A DNA stretch of 64,000 nucleotides from an uncultured delta proteobacterium (GTDB lineage Bacteria; Myxococcota; Myxococcia; Myxococcales; Myxococcaceae): NCBI GenBank assembly GCA_963776345.1, contig CAVZMH010000015.1, positions 160,001 to 224,000 on the forward strand, given 5' to 3'. The translations under genes and the position numbers were made by a program. Of this stretch, positions 9,170 to 19,429 are shown piece by piece. The notes under the pieces are model-generated. The model was not told the origin of the DNA, made no database searches, and saw only the letters and a list, made by a program, of their open reading frames with translations. Every line of letters starts with the position of its first letter. Positions within the stretch are counted from its first letter, which is position 1.

Positions 9170-11575
9170 GTGCACTTCTCCCCGCGCACACTGGAGGACC
9201 TCGCCTTTCCCGAGGTCCTGGCCGCCCTCGGCCACCGCTGCCGGACGGCGGCGGGGCGGAGCCGTGCGCTGGCCCGTTCGTTCCTCGACGACGCCTCCGC
9301 CATCCGCGAAGCGCTCGCCCGGCTGGACGAGGCGCGTGCCCTCCTCCAGGCGCAGGTCAGCCTCCCGCTGGGCGGGGTGGCCGACATCCGCGGGTCGGTC
9401 GAGCGGGCCGAGAAGGGCGGGCTGCTCGAGCCCCGCGAGCTGACCGCCTGCGCCCAGACGCTCTTCGCCTTCAGCCGGACCCGCGAGGGCCTGGCGGAGC
9501 GCTCGGGGACCGCGCCGCGGCTGGCCTTCGTGGGCCAGCGCCTGCCCGACCTCGAGAAGCTGGCGGTGCGCATCGACCGGTGCTTCGAGGCCGACGGGGA
9601 GATCTCCGAGCGCGCCAGCCCGGCGCTGAAGGAGGCCCGCGACCGCATCCGAGGCCTCCACCGGGCGATCAAGTCGCGGCTGGACGGGCTCCTCCACGAC
9701 GAGCGCTTCCTGCTTCACCTGCGCGAGAACTACTACACGCTCCGGAACAACCGGTACGTGGTCCCGGTGCTGGCTCAGGCGCGCGCCGAGGTGCCGGGCA
9801 TCGTCCACAACGCGAGCCAGTCGGGCCAGACGCTGTTCGTGGAGCCCGAGGGGCTGGTGGGCATCGGCAACGACCTGGCCATCGCCCAGTCGGTGGCGCT
9901 GGAGGAGGAGCGCCGGGTGCTCCAGGAGCTCTCGGACGCCGTCGGCCGGGACTCCGCGCGCATCCTCGAGGGGGTCGACGCTGCGGCCGAGCTCGACGAG
10001 GCCGAGGCCGCGGCCCAGCTGGGGGCGGACCTCGACGCCTCCACCCCGGTCGTCGAGGACGCCGACGGACCGCTGGTGCTGCTCCAGCTCCGTCACCCCT
10101 TGCTGGTGCTCCGCGGCCGGGAGGTGGTGGCCAACGACGTCCGGATCTCCGAGGAGGTGCGGGCGCTGGTCGTCTCCGGCCCGAACGCCGGCGGCAAGAC
10201 CGTCACCCTCACCGCGGTGGGCCTGTGCGCCGTCCTGCTCCGGGCCGGCCTGCAGATCCCCGCGGCGCCCGGCTCGCAGCTCCCGCTCTTCACCTCGGTG
10301 CACTCGGCGGTGGGCGATGCGCAGGACCTCGCCCAGGACCTGTCGACCTTCAGCGCGCATGTCCAGGAGCTGAAGCGCATCCTCGAGGGCACGGGGCCTG
10401 GCGCACTGGCGCTGATCGACGAGATCGCCGCCGACACCGACCCGCGCGAGGGCGCGGCGCTCGCCATCGCGGTGCTCGAGGAGCTCATCGGGCGCGGGGC
10501 CCGGGTGCTGGTCACCACCCACCTCGAGGAGCTGAAGGCGCTCACCCACGTGGACCGCCGGTTCCTGAACGCCCGGGTGGGGTTCGACAGCAAGCGCATG
10601 GCGCCGACGTACAAGCTCCAGCTCGGAGCGGCCGGGACGTCGTCCGCGCTCGACCTCGCCTCGCGCATGGGGCTCGCCCCCCACGTGGTCGACCGGGCGC
10701 GGGAGCTGGTGCGCAGCGCGGGAGGTCCCCTGGCCCAGGCGCTGGCGGCCGCGGAGGAGGAGCGGAGAGCCCTGTCCGGGGAGCTGGAGCGCGCACGGGC
10801 GGCCTCCACGGCCGCGGAGGCGAGCGCGCGAGCCCTGGCCGCCGAGCGGGCGGAGTTCGCCGAGCAGCGCCGGGCCGAGGAGTCCACGCACGCCGAGCGC
10901 CTCCGCACCGAGTCGGAGCGAGCGCTGGCCGAGGTGTCGGCCCTGCTCGCTGGCCTCCGGCAGCAGGTCTCGGTCGAGCGGGCGGAGGCGGCGCGCGCGG
11001 CCCTCGCGGCACAGGCCGAGGCCCTCCGGGCCCGTGCCGAGGCGCTCTCGCGGGAGAGCGGCCGGGCGACGCTCGCGCCGGTTCCGGAGACGCTCCGGGT
11101 GGGCGATGCGGTGCACCACGTCGGCCTCCGCCGGGACGTGACGGTGCTCGAGCTCGCGGGGGACGAGGTCCTCGTCTCCGCCGGGGCGCTCAAGATGCGG
11201 GTGCCGCGGGGCGAGCTGGCGGGCGCGCGGGAGGAACGACCGGCACGCCGGTTTCCCTCGAGCGACCGCGGCAAGGCCTCGCTCGCACGCGCCACCGAGG
11301 CCGCACCGGGCGCCCTGGAGGCCCCGGCGCTGCGGGTGGACGTGCGCGGCCTCCGGGCCGACGAGGCGGTGCGCGAGGTGGAGACCTTCCTCGACCAGGC
11401 GTTCCGCAACGGCGACCCCGGGGTGCTGGTGCTCCACGGACACGGGACGGGCGCGCTGAAGCAGGCCGTCCGCGACTACCTGGAGGAGTCACCCTACGTG
11501 CGGATGTACCGCCCCGGCGAGAGCCACGAGGGCGGCGACGGGGTGACGGTGGTAGGGCTCCGGGTCGACGAATGA
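9170..11575 (+). CDS. mutS2: MutS2 family protein with C-terminal Smr domain
   Basis: SQSGQTLFVEP, Walker A SGPNAGGKT, LSTFSAH, DEIAADTDPREGAALA, TTHLEELK, Smr motif VLHGHGTGALK. Confidence 0.95.
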   Translation: MHFSPRTLEDLAFPEVLAALGHRCRTAAGRSRALARSFLDDASAIREALARLDEARALLQAQVSLPLGGVADIRGSVERAEKGGLLEPRELTACAQTLFAFSRTREGLAERSGTAPRLAFVGQRLPDLEKLAVRIDRCFEADGEISERASPALKEARDRIRGLHRAIKSRLDGLLHDERFLLHLRENYYTLRNNRYVVPVLAQARAEVPGIVHNASQSGQTLFVEPEGLVGIGNDLAIAQSVALEEERRVLQELSDAVGRDSARILEGVDAAAELDEAEAAAQLGADLDASTPVVEDADGPLVLLQLRHPLLVLRGREVVANDVRISEEVRALVVSGPNAGGKTVTLTAVGLCAVLLRAGLQIPAAPGSQLPLFTSVHSAVGDAQDLAQDLSTFSAHVQELKRILEGTGPGALALIDEIAADTDPREGAALAIAVLEELIGRGARVLVTTHLEELKALTHVDRRFLNARVGFDSKRMAPTYKLQLGAAGTSSALDLASRMGLAPHVVDRARELVRSAGGPLAQALAAAEEERRALSGELERARAASTAAEASARALAAERAEFAEQRRAEESTHAERLRTESERALAEVSALLAGLRQQVSVERAEAARAALAAQAEALRARAEALSRESGRATLAPVPETLRVGDAVHHVGLRRDVTVLELAGDEVLVSAGALKMRVPRGELAGAREERPARRFPSSDRGKASLARATEAAPGALEAPALRVDVRGLRADEAVREVETFLDQAFRNGDPGVLVLHGHGTGALKQAVRDYLEESPYVRMYRPGESHEGGDGVTVVGLRVDE

Positions 11576-12415
11576 GCCTCGCGCGCCCTCGCCACCTCGC
11601 CGCCTCGGCACTCGCGCTCGCCGGCTGCGGGTACACCGGGAAGTCCATCGACGCCCACGCCCACTTCGAGTCCGGTCCCGCGGCGGGGCGCATCCAGCCG
11701 AACGTCTCGGGCCGCCCGGACGTGCTGCTCGGGGACATGGACCGCGCGGGCGTGGATCGGGCGGTGCTCCTGGTGGTCCCGCCGAGCCCGGACCTCGCCG
11801 CGGTGCGCGAGCTGCACGACCGGGTGGCCGCCCTGCTCAGAGCGCATCCGGGGCGCTTCCTCGCCGTCGGCGCGGTACAGCCGTCGGACGGCGAGCCGGG
11901 GCTCCGGGAGCTGGAGCGGATCGCCGCGCTCGGCTACCGCGGGGTGAAGCTGTCTCCCTCGAAGCTGGAGCTCGAGACACGCCCGAGGTGCAGGCCTTCG
12001 TCGCCCGGGCCACCGCGCTCAAGCTCGTGGTCTACATCGAGGGGTGGTGGCCGGGAGCGGCGCACCAGACGGGGAAGCTCGCCCTCGCCTTCCCCCAGGG
12101 CCGCTTCGTGCTGACCCACATGGGCGGCATCCGGTTCGACGACGTGCTGGTGTTCCGGCTGCTCGAGCTGTACCCGTTCTACCCGCGAAACGTGTGGTTC
12201 GACCTGTCGGCGGTCGCGCCGCTGTTGTCGACTCTCCGTACGCGGCGCAGCTCCGCTTCGTCTGTCGTTCGGTGGGCACGGACCGGGTCCTCTTCGGGTC
12301 GGACTTCCCGCTCACCGGGCTCGACGCCGCGCTTCGCGCAGTCCGCCGGCTCGGGTTCACCCGCCAGGAGGAGCAGGCCATCCTCCACGACAACGCCGAG
12401 GCGCTCTTCCGCTGA
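11572..12415 (+). pseudogene. Amidohydrolase family 2 lipoprotein, two -1 frameshifts (real decay or sequencing error)
   Basis: ATG overlaps the mutS2 stop; LAGC lipobox, IDAHAH, RGVKL (frame 1); VLTHMGG, NVWFDLSA (frame 3); DRVLFGSDFP, ILHDNAEALF (frame 2); shifts near 11975 and 12226. Confidence 0.8.
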
Positions 12416-12447
12416 GCCGTCCTGCCGCCGGACGAGGGGGATGGACG

Positions 12448-15162
12448 TCAGCGGCGGCGGTGCTGGTTCCGGCCGGATCCAGAGCCGCCCCGTCGAGCGC
12501 CACCAGACCCCCGCTGGCCTCGGCCCTCGTCGCGAGGCCCGTTCGGGGCCCGTCCGCCCGGAACCCGTCCGCCCTGCCCCGACCCGGCGCGGGAGCCGCT
12601 CTTGCGCTGCTGCCCGGCGAGGGCCCGGAGGCGGTCGAACCCGGGATGCGCCGCGCCGGACGGCTGCGGAGCGTCACCCGCGGACCGCTCCGCGGGTCGC
12701 GCTTCATGGGCCTCGTGGCGCTTGCCCTGCTGCCGGCCGGCCTGGGTCGACGGGCGTTCGGGGCTCCTCGGCCCGCCGGGGCGCTGCGCCTGGGCTCCGC
12801 GCCGCCTCTCCCCGGGCTGCCGCGGTCCCTGGACGTGCTGCCCGCGCCGCTCCTCACCGGCGCGCTTCGCGGGCTGCTCGCGGTGCTTCCGCTCGGGCTC
12901 CTCGGGGTGCTTCCGCTCGGGCTGCCCTCCTTGCCCGCCGCGCTTCCGCTCCGGCCGCTCGACCTCCACCCGCTCGGAGCCCCCGCGGTGGCGCGAGGGC
13001 CGCTCTCCGGCGAACGCCACCACGTCGAAGTCCATCTGCCGCCGCTGGACGTTCACTCCCGCCAGCCGCACGGTGAGCGCCTGGCCCACCTGCACCCGCC
13101 GCCCGGTGGGCCAGACCAGCGCCCCGACCACCAGCTTGTGGCCCGGCCCGAGGTCGTCGGCCCGGACCAGCCCCTCGACGTGCTCGGTGTCCAGCTCGAC
13201 GAAGAGCCCGAAGTCGGTGATCGAGGCCACGGTGGCCGCGAACTCCTCGCCCACCCGGTCCTCCATCAGCAGGCACGCGTACAGCGCGTTCACCTCGCGC
13301 TCGCATTTCATCGCCGCCCGCTCGCGCTCGGAGCTGTGCCCGGCCATCCGCCGGAGCTCGTCCAGCTCCAGGTCCAGCTCGCCTCCGGGCCGCTGGCGGC
13401 GACCGCGCTCCCACTCCGCCCGGAGCAGCCGGTGCACCAGGAGATCAGGGTAACGGCGAATCGGCGAGGTGAAGTGCAGGTACTCCTCCGCGCCCAGGCC
13501 GTAGTGGCCCACCTGGTCCGGCGAGTACACCGCCTGCATCATCGACCGGAGCAGGAGCTGGTTGAGCGCGCGCTGGCCGGGATGCCCCACCAGCCCGCGC
13601 ATGAAGAGGTTCAGCTCGCGGGAGGTGGGCTCGCCCTTGCCGGGCACGGCCAGGCCGTGGGCCCGCGCCAGCTCGCTGAACGCGGCCAGCTTGTCCGGAT
13701 CGGGCTCGCCGTGGAACCGGTACACCGAGGGCAGCCCCCGCTCCTGGAAGTACGCCGCCACCGCCTCGTTGGCGGCGAGCATGCAGTCCTCGACGATGCG
13801 GTGGCTCTCCTTGCGCTCCCGCCGCACCATCCGCACCGGCCGGCCGGACTCGTCCAGCTGGGGACGGGTCTCCGGGAGGTCGAAGTCGATCGCCCCCCGC
13901 TGCTCGCGCACCGTGCGGAGGGTGCGCCCGAGCCGCTGCAGCCGCTCGAACAGCGGCCGGAAGCGGTCGCGGTCCGGCACCGGCTCCCCGTCCAGCACCC
14001 GCTGCACCTCCTCGTAGGTGCAGCGCGCCGCGCTCCGCATCACCGCGGGGTAGATCTCGGTCCCGGTCCGGCGGCCCTCGCGGTCGAAGGCCATCTCCGC
14101 CACCAGGCAGAGCCGGTCCTCGTCGGGACGGAGCGAGCAGATGCCGTTGGACAGGCGCTCGGGGAGCATGGGTAGCACCCGCTCCGGCAGGTAGACCGAG
14201 GTACCGCGGCGGAGGGCCTCGGTGTCCAGCGCCGAGCCGGGCCGGACATAGTGGCTCACGTCGGCGATGGCCACCCACAGCCGGGTCGCTCCCCCGGGCT
14301 GATCCTCGGCGTAGACCGCGTCGTCGAAGTCCCGGGCGTCCACCCCGTCGATGGTCACCAGCGACAGAGCGCGGAGATCCCGGCGCCCCCCCTCGTGCAG
14401 CTCGGTCGCCGGCACGTGCAGTGGCACCCGGTCCGCGTGGTCCATCACCTCGGGCGGGAACGCCTCGGAGAAGCCCTGGCCGAAGACGATGGCCAGCACA
14501 TCCTGCGACGGGTCTCCGGGACGGCCGAGCGAACCGGTCACCTCGCCGACCAGACCGCCCGGCGGCAGGAGATCCGCCCCCACGCCCAGCCGCACCGTCA
14601 CCACGTCGCCGTCACGGGCCAGCTGGGTCCGCGGCACGCGCACCGGCCCGGGCAGCGAGGGATCGTTCGGACGGACCAGCGCCTCGTTCCCGCCGCGCTC
14701 GACGTACGTCCCCACCAGCGCCTCGCGCTGCCGGCCGATGACCCCGACGATGCGCCCCTCGGAGCGCCCGCGCGCCGTGACCAGCTCCACCTTCACCCGG
14801 TCGCCGTCCAGGGCGCGCCGCGCCTCGTGCGGCGGGACGAAGATGTCCTCCTCGGCGCCCACGTCCACGAAGCCGAAGCCGTCGCGGTGCACGCTGAGCG
14901 TGCCCTCGAGCGGCTGTCGCCCGCGTGCGGCAGGCCCGGGGCGCTGACCCTCGCGGGCCGCGGGGCGACGGCCGGGAATCGAGAACCGCTCGCCGGACCG
15001 CTCCACGCGGCCCTCCTTCACCAGCGCCCGCATCAGCCGCTTCACCTCGGTGCGCTGCCCTCCGTGCACGCCGGAGGCGCGGAGCAGCTCCGCCACTCCC
15101 AGCGGCTGGGCGGCCTTCTCCAGGGTCCTGAGGAGGACCGAGCTGTCGACCCGAGCTGTCAT
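12448..15162 (-). CDS. rnr: Ribonuclease R
   Basis: HRDGFGFV cold-shock domain, TIDGVDARDFDDA, HFTSPIRRYPDLLVHR, S1 domain FGLFVEL, basic low-complexity tail. Confidence 0.95.
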   Translation of the reverse strand: MTARVDSSVLLRTLEKAAQPLGVAELLRASGVHGGQRTEVKRLMRALVKEGRVERSGERFSIPGRRPAAREGQRPGPAARGRQPLEGTLSVHRDGFGFVDVGAEEDIFVPPHEARRALDGDRVKVELVTARGRSEGRIVGVIGRQREALVGTYVERGGNEALVRPNDPSLPGPVRVPRTQLARDGDVVTVRLGVGADLLPPGGLVGEVTGSLGRPGDPSQDVLAIVFGQGFSEAFPPEVMDHADRVPLHVPATELHEGGRRDLRALSLVTIDGVDARDFDDAVYAEDQPGGATRLWVAIADVSHYVRPGSALDTEALRRGTSVYLPERVLPMLPERLSNGICSLRPDEDRLCLVAEMAFDREGRRTGTEIYPAVMRSAARCTYEEVQRVLDGEPVPDRDRFRPLFERLQRLGRTLRTVREQRGAIDFDLPETRPQLDESGRPVRMVRRERKESHRIVEDCMLAANEAVAAYFQERGLPSVYRFHGEPDPDKLAAFSELARAHGLAVPGKGEPTSRELNLFMRGLVGHPGQRALNQLLLRSMMQAVYSPDQVGHYGLGAEEYLHFTSPIRRYPDLLVHRLLRAEWERGRRQRPGGELDLELDELRRMAGHSSERERAAMKCEREVNALYACLLMEDRVGEEFAATVASITDFGLFVELDTEHVEGLVRADDLGPGHKLVVGALVWPTGRRVQVGQALTVRLAGVNVQRRQMDFDVVAFAGERPSRHRGGSERVEVERPERKRGGQGGQPERKHPEEPERKHREQPAKRAGEERRGQHVQGPRQPGERRRGAQAQRPGGPRSPERPSTQAGRQQGKRHEAHEARPAERSAGDAPQPSGAAHPGFDRLRALAGQQRKSGSRAGSGQGGRVPGGRAPNGPRDEGRGQRGSGGARRGGSGSGRNQHRRR

Positions 15163-15187
15163 GAGAAACACTCCCCGGCGCCGGCGT

Positions 15188-16459
15188 TCAGGCGCGGACC
15201 GCGACGGTCAGCCGCTGCGTCTTCGACACCTGGGCCGGGGCGAACACCTTGGCCAGGAAGAAGTCCACTTCGTACTGGCCGGGATTCCGCGGGGTGAAGA
15301 AGAACTCGCGCGTGCCCGCCCCGCTCGCCGCGGCGATGAAGTTCGCCTCGCGCAGGCCGATCCGCTTGGCCACCGTGGGCTCGACCGCCCAGGTGTACCC
15401 GGCGCGCTCCGGGATGCGGACCGCGAGCCCCTGGCCGATGCGGATCTCCAGCGGCACGCCCTCGTCCGGGACGCCCTCCAGCTCCAGCATCTCGAGCGCA
15501 TCGCGCGACATGCTGCGCACGTCCGCCGGACGGAGCTCGGCGTTCTCCACCTCGATGGTGCCGCCCCAGCCGGACTCCTTGTGCACCACCCCGGTGACCT
15601 GGACCGGCTGGCCCATGTTCCTCCGGAAGCTCCTGGCCATCTTCCCGCCGAGGCGGAAGGTGACCTGCTGCCGCGTCCCGGCGTTGGAGACGACGAGGAT
15701 GAAATCCTCGCCCGACATCTCCAGCGCCCCCCGGACGCTGGCGAAGCCGCGCATCCCGGCGCCCATGCCCGCGCTGCCGATCTGCTCCACCTCTCCGGGC
15801 GAGAGGTAGCGGAGCTTCTCCGCCTGCGGCGCCTCGGTGGGCTCGGCGTCGGCCTTCTTCGCCGCGTACTTCCGGACGTCGATGGTGCCGCCGTAGTTGT
15901 GCGTCTTCTTGATCAGCCCGGTCACGCTGACCTTGTGGTCCACGTAGGCCGGCAGCACCTCCTGGTCCGGACCCTGGAGCAGGAAGACCAGCTCGCGCTT
16001 GTCCCGGCCGACGACGTGCAGGTACGGCAGGCCGTCCTTGACCACCAGCCGCCCCTTGAGGCTGCCCTCGCCCGCGACGCCGCGACCGGCGGTGGCGGTG
16101 AGGATCTGCTCCAGCTCGCGCTTGGTGAGCGGCTCGCCGACGGGCGGCAGCTTGGTGGCGCGCGGGCGCGGCTTCTCTGGCGCGCGCAGCGTGACCGGCG
16201 CGCGCAGGGTCACCGGCGCGCGCAGGGTGACCGGCGCGGAGGTGGGCTTCGCCGCCGGACGTGCAGCGGGCTTCGTCGCGCTCTTGCTGGGCTTGGGGGA
16301 CGCCGCCTTCGAGGGGGTCTTGGCCGCCGACTTCACCAGCTTGGCAGCGGCCTTGGCGACCTTGGCCGATGCCTTCTTCAGGAGCCCCAGGCGGGCCTCG
16401 TTCTTTCGTGAGCCGGGCTTTGCCGCGCCGGACTTCGTCTTGGGCTTGGGCTTCGCCAC
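15188..16459 (-). CDS. Protein with Lys/Ala/Pro-rich N-terminus, two internal repeats and C-terminal chagasin/I42 inhibitor-like domain
   Basis: H1-like K/A/P tail; duplicated ...VTG.....GGTI.V domain; C-terminal AGYTW and GAGTREFFFTPRNPGQYEV typical of I42. Confidence 0.7.
   Translation of the reverse strand: MAKPKPKTKSGAAKPGSRKNEARLGLLKKASAKVAKAAAKLVKSAAKTPSKAASPKPSKSATKPAARPAAKPTSAPVTLRAPVTLRAPVTLRAPEKPRPRATKLPPVGEPLTKRELEQILTATAGRGVAGEGSLKGRLVVKDGLPYLHVVGRDKRELVFLLQGPDQEVLPAYVDHKVSVTGLIKKTHNYGGTIDVRKYAAKKADAEPTEAPQAEKLRYLSPGEVEQIGSAGMGAGMRGFASVRGALEMSGEDFILVVSNAGTRQQVTFRLGGKMARSFRRNMGQPVQVTGVVHKESGWGGTIEVENAELRPADVRSMSRDALEMLELEGVPDEGVPLEIRIGQGLAVRIPERAGYTWAVEPTVAKRIGLREANFIAAASGAGTREFFFTPRNPGQYEVDFFLAKVFAPAQVSKTQRLTVAVRA
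16179..16238 (-). repeat. 18-bp tandem repeat (about 3.3 copies) encoding (APVTLR)3
   Basis: ggcgcgcgcagcgtgacc / ggcgcgcgcagggtcacc / ggcgcgcgcagggtgacc on the + strand. Confidence 0.85.
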
Positions 16460-16474
16460 GTGGATTCTCGGGGG

Positions 16475-16503
16475 CAGATAACGCCCGGGGTTGGCGCTGT
16501 CAA
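16475..16503 (-). promoter_or_regulatory. Putative sigma70 promoter for the I42-like/rnr genes
   Basis: TTGACA-N17-TATCTG on the minus strand in an AT-richer intergenic gap. Confidence 0.45.
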
Positions 16504-16557
16504 CCGTAAACCCTCTGAAGAATTGAGAATTCAGTGCCGTCGCGCTACGGAGGGGCG

Positions 16558-17784
16558 ATGGCCGAGCTGCCCCCGCTCCCCGCCCCGGAAGCCCAGGACC
16601 GGATCCTCCACGACCTCGTGCCGCTCCCGGAGGTGTGGGTGGCCCTCGAGGAGGCGCTCGGCTTCGGGCTGACCTCCGAGGTGCGCGCCCGCCGGACGCA
16701 GCCGCCCTGGGACAACTCGGCCATGGACGGCTACGCGGTGCGGAGCGCCGATGCGGGCCACACGCCGGTGACGCTGACCGTCGTCGGGGTGGTGCACGCG
16801 GGAGACCAGCCGACCCAGTCCGTCGGCGCTGGCGAGGCGGTCCGGATCATGACCGGCGCGCCGATGCCGCCCGGGGCGGACGCGGTCGTCATGCAGGAGC
16901 GCACCCGCGCCATCCCGGGCGAGGGGCTGGGCCGGGTCGAGCTCCAGGAGCCAGTCGCCGTGCGCCAGAACGTGCGCGACGCGGGCGAGGATGCGCGCGC
17001 GGGGGAGGTGCTGCTCCCGGCAGGCACGGTGCTCGGCATCCCGGAGCTGGCGCTGCTCTCGAGCCAGGGGATGACCTCGGTCCGCGTGCCCCGGCGGCCT
17101 CGGGTGGCCATCGTCGCGACGGGGGACGAGCTCTGCCGGCCCGACGAGGAGCCGGAGGGGCGGATCGTCGACACCAACTCGGTCGCGATCGCCCTCGCGG
17201 TGCGGCGCGCCGGCGGCATCGCGCAGGTCTTCGGCATCGCGCGCGACCGGCCCGAGGAGGTGGAGCAGCTGATCCGCCAGGGCCTCGACCACGACGTCGT
17301 CCTCACCTCGGCCGGCGCGTCGGTCGGCGAGCACGACCACGTGCGGCCCGCGCTCGAGCGGCTGGGCGTGGCGATGGACTTCTGGCGAGTCGCCATCCGT
17401 CCCGGCAAGCCCCTCGCGTTCGGCCGGCGCGGGGCGACGCGGGTCTTCGCCCTTCCCGGCAACCCGACCTCGTCCCTGGTGACCTTCGAGCTCTTCGTCC
17501 GGCCCGCCCTCCTCCGCCTCGTCGGACGTCAGGCCCCCCTCCCCGTCCCGGTGCAGGCCCGGAGTGGGGTGGACCTCAAGAAGAACAAGGGGTTGGCTCA
17601 CTTCATCCGGGTCGTTCTGAGCTGGCGAGACGGCGAGCCCTGGGCCGACCCGCTCCCGACCCAGACCTCAGGCGCGGTCCGCTCGGCGGTCTCGGCGACA
17701 CATCTGCTGCACTTTCCAATGGATGCGATGAGTGTCCGGCGGGGTGACCCCGTCGAACTGCTCCCAGTGGGGTGGGGACCCTAG
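16558..17784 (+). CDS. moeA: Molybdopterin molybdotransferase
   Basis: NSAMDGYAV, RIMTGAPMP.GADAVVMQE, TGDEL, IRPGKP, LPGNPTSS. Confidence 0.95.
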   Translation: MAELPPLPAPEAQDRILHDLVPLPEVWVALEEALGFGLTSEVRARRTQPPWDNSAMDGYAVRSADAGHTPVTLTVVGVVHAGDQPTQSVGAGEAVRIMTGAPMPPGADAVVMQERTRAIPGEGLGRVELQEPVAVRQNVRDAGEDARAGEVLLPAGTVLGIPELALLSSQGMTSVRVPRRPRVAIVATGDELCRPDEEPEGRIVDTNSVAIALAVRRAGGIAQVFGIARDRPEEVEQLIRQGLDHDVVLTSAGASVGEHDHVRPALERLGVAMDFWRVAIRPGKPLAFGRRGATRVFALPGNPTSSLVTFELFVRPALLRLVGRQAPLPVPVQARSGVDLKKNKGLAHFIRVVLSWRDGEPWADPLPTQTSGAVRSAVSATHLLHFPMDAMSVRRGDPVELLPVGWGP

Positions 17785-17856
17785 CAACCATGGCCCCCGC
17801 CGAGCATCCAATGGCATAGAAACGGATCCAGTTCGGGAGTCGCGAGCACGTCGACC

Positions 17857-18513
17857 ATGTCCAAACTCTCTCCCCAGCCCCTGACCCGGCGCACCCACGT
17901 GGTGGAGCTGTACTCGGAAGCACCGCTCCCCACGGCCCGCGGGACCTTCCGCGTGGTGGTGTTCCGCGACCGACGCAACCAGAACGAGCACGTGGCGATG
18001 GTGATGGGCGAGGTGTTCGGCCAGGAGGGCGTGCCGGTCCGCGTTCACTCCGAGTGTCTGACCAGCGAGGTGCTGGGCAGCCTCAAGTGTGACTGCCGTC
18101 AACAGCTGGACCGCGCGCTCGATCTGGTATCGGCCCGCGGCCGCGGGCTGGTGCTCTACCTCCGCCAGGAGGGCCGGGGCATCGGCCTGGGCAACAAGAT
18201 CAAGGCCTATGCGCTCCAGGCGCGTGGGCTGGACACCTACGAGGCCAACCGCCAGCTCGGGTTCCCGGACGACCTCCGGACCTATGACGTGGCGGCGGAC
18301 ATGCTCCGCCTCCTCGGGGTCCGCAGTGTCGACCTGATCACCAACAATCCTCTGAAGATCGCTGGTCTGGTGGAGGAGGGAATCCCGGTCCGGGGTCGAA
18401 TCCCCTCCCCCGCTGCGCACAATCCGCATAACGTCGACTACTTGCGCACCAAGCGCGAGCGCACGGGACACCTGATTGAGCTCTTCGGGGAGGACGCGGC
18501 GAAAGCCGGCTGA
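17857..18513 (+). CDS. ribA: GTP cyclohydrolase II
   Basis: VRVHSECLT, CDCRQQL, QEGRGIGLGNKIKAY, ITNNPLK. Confidence 0.95.
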   Translation: MSKLSPQPLTRRTHVVELYSEAPLPTARGTFRVVVFRDRRNQNEHVAMVMGEVFGQEGVPVRVHSECLTSEVLGSLKCDCRQQLDRALDLVSARGRGLVLYLRQEGRGIGLGNKIKAYALQARGLDTYEANRQLGFPDDLRTYDVAADMLRLLGVRSVDLITNNPLKIAGLVEEGIPVRGRIPSPAAHNPHNVDYLRTKRERTGHLIELFGEDAAKAG

Positions 18514-19354
18514 CGCACGCACCCCTGACCGGTTCGAGGTCACGTTCTGGGGCGTGCGCGGCTCGGTCCCCGCGCCTGGAGCGGCGACCAGCCGGTACGG
18601 CGGCAACACCCCCTGCGTCGAGGTCCGCGCCGGCGAGCGGCGGATCATCCTCGACGCCGGCTCGGGCATCCGGGCGCTCGGCGAGCGGCTCCGGGACGGG
18701 GGCGGCACGGTCGAGGCCGACGTGCTGCTCTCGCACTACCACTACGACCACCTGCAGGGCCTGCCGTTCTTCGCCCCGCTGGCGGAGACGAGAAACCGGT
18801 TCACCTTTCACGGCCCGCGGCGCGAGGGCCGCAGCGTGCAGGACGCGCTCGAGGGCCAGATGGTTCCCCCGTACTTCCCGGTGACGCTGGACCAGGTCGC
18901 CCGGGCCACGGTGGAGTTCCGGACCATCGAGCCCGGCGAGCCCTTCACCATCGGCCCGGTGCGGATCACCTCGGCGGAGCTGGACCACCCGGGCGGCAAT
19001 CTCGGCTACCGGCTCGAGTACGGCGGGCGCTCGCTGGTCTACGCGACGGACGTGGAGCACACCGACACGCCGGCCGAGGCGCTGGTCGAGCTCGCCCGCG
19101 GCGCGAACCTCCTGCTGCACGACGCGATGTACACCGGGCCCGAGTACGAGGCCCGCAGGGGCTGGGGCCACAGCACCTGGAACGGCGCGTTGGCGACGGC
19201 GAAGGCAGCGCGGGTGAAACGGCTGGTGCTCTTCCACCACGACCCGGAGCGCGACGATCGGGCACTCGACGCGCTGGCCTGGCGGGCCCGGAGCAGCTTC
19301 CCGCGCACAACCGCGGCGCGTGAGCGGCAGACCATCCGGATCCCCCTCAAGTGA
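18476..19354 (+). CDS. MBL-fold metallohydrolase (RNase Z/phosphodiesterase-like)
   Basis: FWGVRGSVP..YGGNTPCVEV, DAGSG, SHYHYDH, ATDVEH, WGHST, FHHDP; start uncertain. Confidence 0.85.
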   Translation: MSSSGRTRRKPADARTPDRFEVTFWGVRGSVPAPGAATSRYGGNTPCVEVRAGERRIILDAGSGIRALGERLRDGGGTVEADVLLSHYHYDHLQGLPFFAPLAETRNRFTFHGPRREGRSVQDALEGQMVPPYFPVTLDQVARATVEFRTIEPGEPFTIGPVRITSAELDHPGGNLGYRLEYGGRSLVYATDVEHTDTPAEALVELARGANLLLHDAMYTGPEYEARRGWGHSTWNGALATAKAARVKRLVLFHHDPERDDRALDALAWRARSSFPRTTAARERQTIRIPLK

Positions 19355-19429
19355 GCGGCGAGCTCGGACCCCTTTGCCGCTCGAGGACGGTTCGAGCTCA
19401 GCGCGACTGAGCCCGTCGGATCTGCTGCT

